Shown here piece after piece: positions 60,536-64,000 of a DNA stretch of 64,000 nucleotides. A model generated the notes under the pieces. The model made no database searches, had not been told where the DNA came from, and saw only the letters and a program-made list of their open reading frames with translations. The stretch is from assembly GCA_043228905.1 (NCBI GenBank), contig JBHGNT010000014.1, positions 14,756,001 through 14,820,000 of the forward strand, read 5' to 3'. Source of the DNA: Azolla caroliniana (taxonomy: Eukaryota; Plantae; Polypodiophyta). The first letter of the stretch is position 1, and every line of letters begins with the position of its first letter. The position numbers and the translations under genes are program-made.

Positions 60536-62800
60536 TGTTAGTGAGTTAAGCAAACATCAGGAAGCAACAAGAGAATATATGTGCAATACTTAGGATAGAG
60601 AAAGATGAACAAGATGACAGTTACACACACACACACACACATAGAGAGAGAGAGAGAGAGAGAGTTTTGCTCAAGAGACACAACTTTTCATTACTTGTCG
60701 AACTTCTTTACAATGTTCAGTTACCTACTTTTATAGTGAGGTTAACTGAGTATTCACACTAGAGATACAACATGGACAGAGTGAGACTTTTATCCCAAGA
60801 AACTCCCTAGTAAAAGGACACTCTGGTTTGCATACAATGTGATGGGGTTATCTCCCCTGCAAGCTTTAATTACACTTTAAATTTAAACTACAATTTTTAT
60901 GTTACGAACTGATCGACTGGTAGCCGATTCGCTAGAGGTAAAGTTGGTTGGTATCCGAATTGGCTAGTGGCCAACTTGGTTTTTAGTTTTCGGCCTATAG
61001 GCCATCGACTCCCTTTATCGGCTGGTACTCATGTCTCCTTCTAGATAGGTGATCGGCTTCCGGCTTCCTTCACCCTTCAATCGTCTTGTGGCCTTTCGAT
61101 TCCCGGATACCCAATGACTTCCTTAGCCTTTCGACTATTCGGCTCTTAGATTGACTTTGTTGTTTCGGCTTGTCTGGTCCTGCCAATTCTCAACTTACCT
61201 TCTACCCCTTCAAATTCGGCTCTATTTCACTTGTCTGCTGATTGTAGTCCCATTTGTCCTCTTAGCGTGTCGAAGCATTGATCTAGGAGTGGCTTCATTA
61301 GGTTGTCGACGATGTTCACCTTGGTATCCACTTTTTGATCTTCGAGCCTCTTGTTTGTGACGAGCTCCTAGATATGGTGGTAGTGTGGATGTGTATTGTG
61401 CTTTTAAGTCGTAGTGCAAGATCAGCGTTGGACGGTCGATTCGACTCTTAGCCGAAAAATCAGCTGACAACCGATGCGGCCATATGGCTTCTTTGGCTGC
61501 TCTGGATATGGTTGTGTCTTCGGCCTCTATTGTCAAGATTGTGGTGAAGTTTTGAAGCTTTAACCTCCATGAGATGGCGTCGCTGCCATAGGTGAAGTCA
61601 TATCCTGACGTTCATTTGCAATTGTCAGGGTTGCCAGCATAAACGGAATCCATAAAGCCTTCGCATTCGGTCGGCTTGTCCGATCTGAAAGTCAACTGTA
61701 AATCTTTGGTATTGTGCAGGTAGTGGAATATGTTCTTTACAACTTCCAAGTGCTTCTGTCCGGGATTTGACATGTAGCGGTTGGTGACCCATACGACGTA
61801 AGCAAGGTCTGGACAAGTCTCCAGCATCACGTCCATGAGACTTCCTACGACTGATGCATAGGGTATTTGACTCATGAGCAATTTCTCCTCCTTTTTGGAT
61901 GGAGAGTATATGTCTGATAGTCGGAATGACATTGGTAGTGATGTCAATGTCGGCTTCGCATGCTCCATGTTGAAGCACTTCAGCACCTTTCGGATGTAGT
62001 CCGATTGGGAGAGCCAGAGGGTCTTCTTTCTTCCTATTTTGCTCTATCCGCATGCCCAACATATGTTGGGCTTCTCCGAGTTCCTTCATTGAGAATTTTT
62101 CATGAAGGCTCCGTTTCAACTTCTCAATTTTTGCTCTATCGCTGCTGGTGATGAGCATGTTGTCCACGTAAAGGATCAAGTAGATATGGGATTCATCGGC
62201 TAATTGTCGGATATACATACATGGGTCGGAGTCCGATCGGCAATACCCAAGTTGCTGCATGTAGGTATCGAATTTCTGATACCACATCCTAGGCGCTTGT
62301 TTCGAGCCGTAAAGGCTTTTCTTCAGTTGGCAAGATATTAACAAGGAAAATGTCGCAATGATCTCAAATGGCTTCAAAATTAATTTTCAGGACTTGAATG
62401 TAGACTTCTAGCAAAGAAATTGATGGTGAACTTCACCAAGCCTTAAAAAATGAGCTTTGCTCAACCTCAACCCTAAAAGCTCAAACTCAAGCTCTATACC
62501 AAATATTAGAGTCATGGGCTAGCTAATGATCAATGATGGATGCAAAACTAGAATCGACCCATATATGATTGATTAGAAGCAATGGGAGCATAAATATTGT
62601 GTGTGTGTGTGTGTGTGTGTGCGTGCGTGCGTGTGTGTGTGTGTGTAGGCACACAGAAAGTTATTGTAACACACTATTTGACAACTTTAGAAACATTGCA
62701 AGAAGGTGTACATATACAACTCAGGGTTAACTTAAGTCTTCTGTTAGTTTATGTATGTGGCCCATAGATAGACATATTCGCATTCGTGGGGTTTCCCATT
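60536..62800 (-). mobile_element. internally deleted Ty1/copia remnant (RT-RNase H, PBS relic, LTR-like flanks)
   Basis: LKKSLYGSKQAPRMW, LILYVDNMLI, PYASVVGSL; PBS relic gctctatacca at ~62491; PPT-like ctcccct at ~60852. Confidence 0.75.
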
Positions 62801-63232
62801 CGAATGGAAAGGAATTTATAGCAACTAACCTTAAAAGGGTTAAATATTGTCTATGTTTTGGGACCAATAATTTACCACCATGTGAATACTAAAACATCGC
62901 TGAGAGGCTCCCTTCCATTGTTCTGGGAATGAAACTAAATGCAAAGCTTCAAGAGAACAACATAATATTTATCAAACAAAGTAATCTAACATTTTATCAT
63001 TTGAAGCCTCAACTATTGCAACCATGCTTTGTGAAATGGGTCGACATTCTAAATTTTCAATAATATAAAGTGATATTTGTGGAACATTTTGATCCAACTG
63101 CTCGTCATAGGTCAACATTACACTTATTTTGCAAGCCCCACAATTTGGTAGCTATCAAAGTAAAATAAAGTCCAATAAATTTATCTGGAACTGAGTGTTG
63201 ATTGGCAAATCAAAACCATCACCCCTTTTGGA

Positions 63233-63462
63233 TGCATTCCAAACTTTAATTTTTAAGAAAATAGACTCCAATTCGTTTATCTTGTTCCGATTCACAAACC
63301 AAACAAGTAGCGGAGTTGATGTAGAATGTAATGATTTTGTAGTAAAGTGCATTCCAAACTTTAATTTTTAAGAAAATAGACTCCAATTCATTTATCTTGT
63401 TCCGATTCACAAACCAAACAAGCATCGGAGTTGATGTAGAATGTAATGATTTTGTAGTAAAG
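63233..63462. repeat. ~115-bp tandem duplication
   Basis: tgcattccaaactttaatttttaagaaaatagactcc.. at ~63233 and ~63348. Confidence 0.85.
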
Positions 63463-64000
63463 GTGGCAATTAATCAAATTCAATTTGAATCACATAATTT
63501 TCACATGTGGACCCTGCAATAAAAATCTTGGCCCTCCCTATCCCAGAAAAAGGAACAGAAACCTTTGTCTTTGATTTTGTGTGGGTTCTCTTCATCTATC
63601 TAGTCCCACCCATCCATCAATTTGTTTTGACTTGTGCATTGTGTTGGCCATGTGTAATGTAAGGTAAGAAAGGCGTTTCTCAATTGGTTTGGCCAGAATC
63701 ATATGAGATTTAGAGGAATGTAATGATTTTGTAGGAAATCTGACAATTACAAATAAATATGTGGGTAATGGTAGCACACCATAACTTATGGTAGTCTTAT
63801 GCTGTGAAGATAGTAATAATAATACACTACTACTAAACATGATAAGAAATGCGTAAAACACATTAAAAACCTGCTACAATTTACTATTTGTAATAAAATG
63901 AGAATTTCACATCCAGACTGAAACCATAATCTTTGTCTTCACATTTAAAGAAATTTGAATCAGTGAATACACACAACCACACTCTCTGCACGCCATAGAT

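Noticed and set aside
62900-64000. Possible transposase or host exon remnants
   Set aside because: Short ORFs with no recognisable motif; only the tandem duplication is supportable

Overview
This is a gene-free, repeat-saturated eukaryotic window, almost certainly from a land plant. The TE lineages and abundant (TG)n/(GA)n suggest a non-seed plant such as a fern (inference). It is a stack of nested transposons: several Ty1/copia elements with tRNA-iMet PBS; a fungal-like (Ylt1-type, inferred) Ty3/gypsy group with TGTCG..CGACA LTRs and a tRNA-Trp PBS, comprising one decayed autonomous copy, two non-autonomous two-LTR copies and two solo LTRs; a young 9.9-kb gypsy with a large extra ORF after pol; and L1 and RTEX-like LINE remnants. 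There is also a 7.7-kb insertion with an 8-bp TSD carrying intron-containing fragments of a group-D (TDY) MAP kinase gene plus ~5 kb of complex microsatellite. The most notable observations are three. (i) Three divergent LTR families of the TGTCG group carry an antisense tRNA-like A-box/B-box cassette with identical 43-nt spacing. (ii) That group makes 4-bp TSDs at CpG-centred RCGY sites and inserts into its own relatives. (iii) The MAPK fragments appear to have been captured Pack-TE style. All coordinates and alignments were read by eye.
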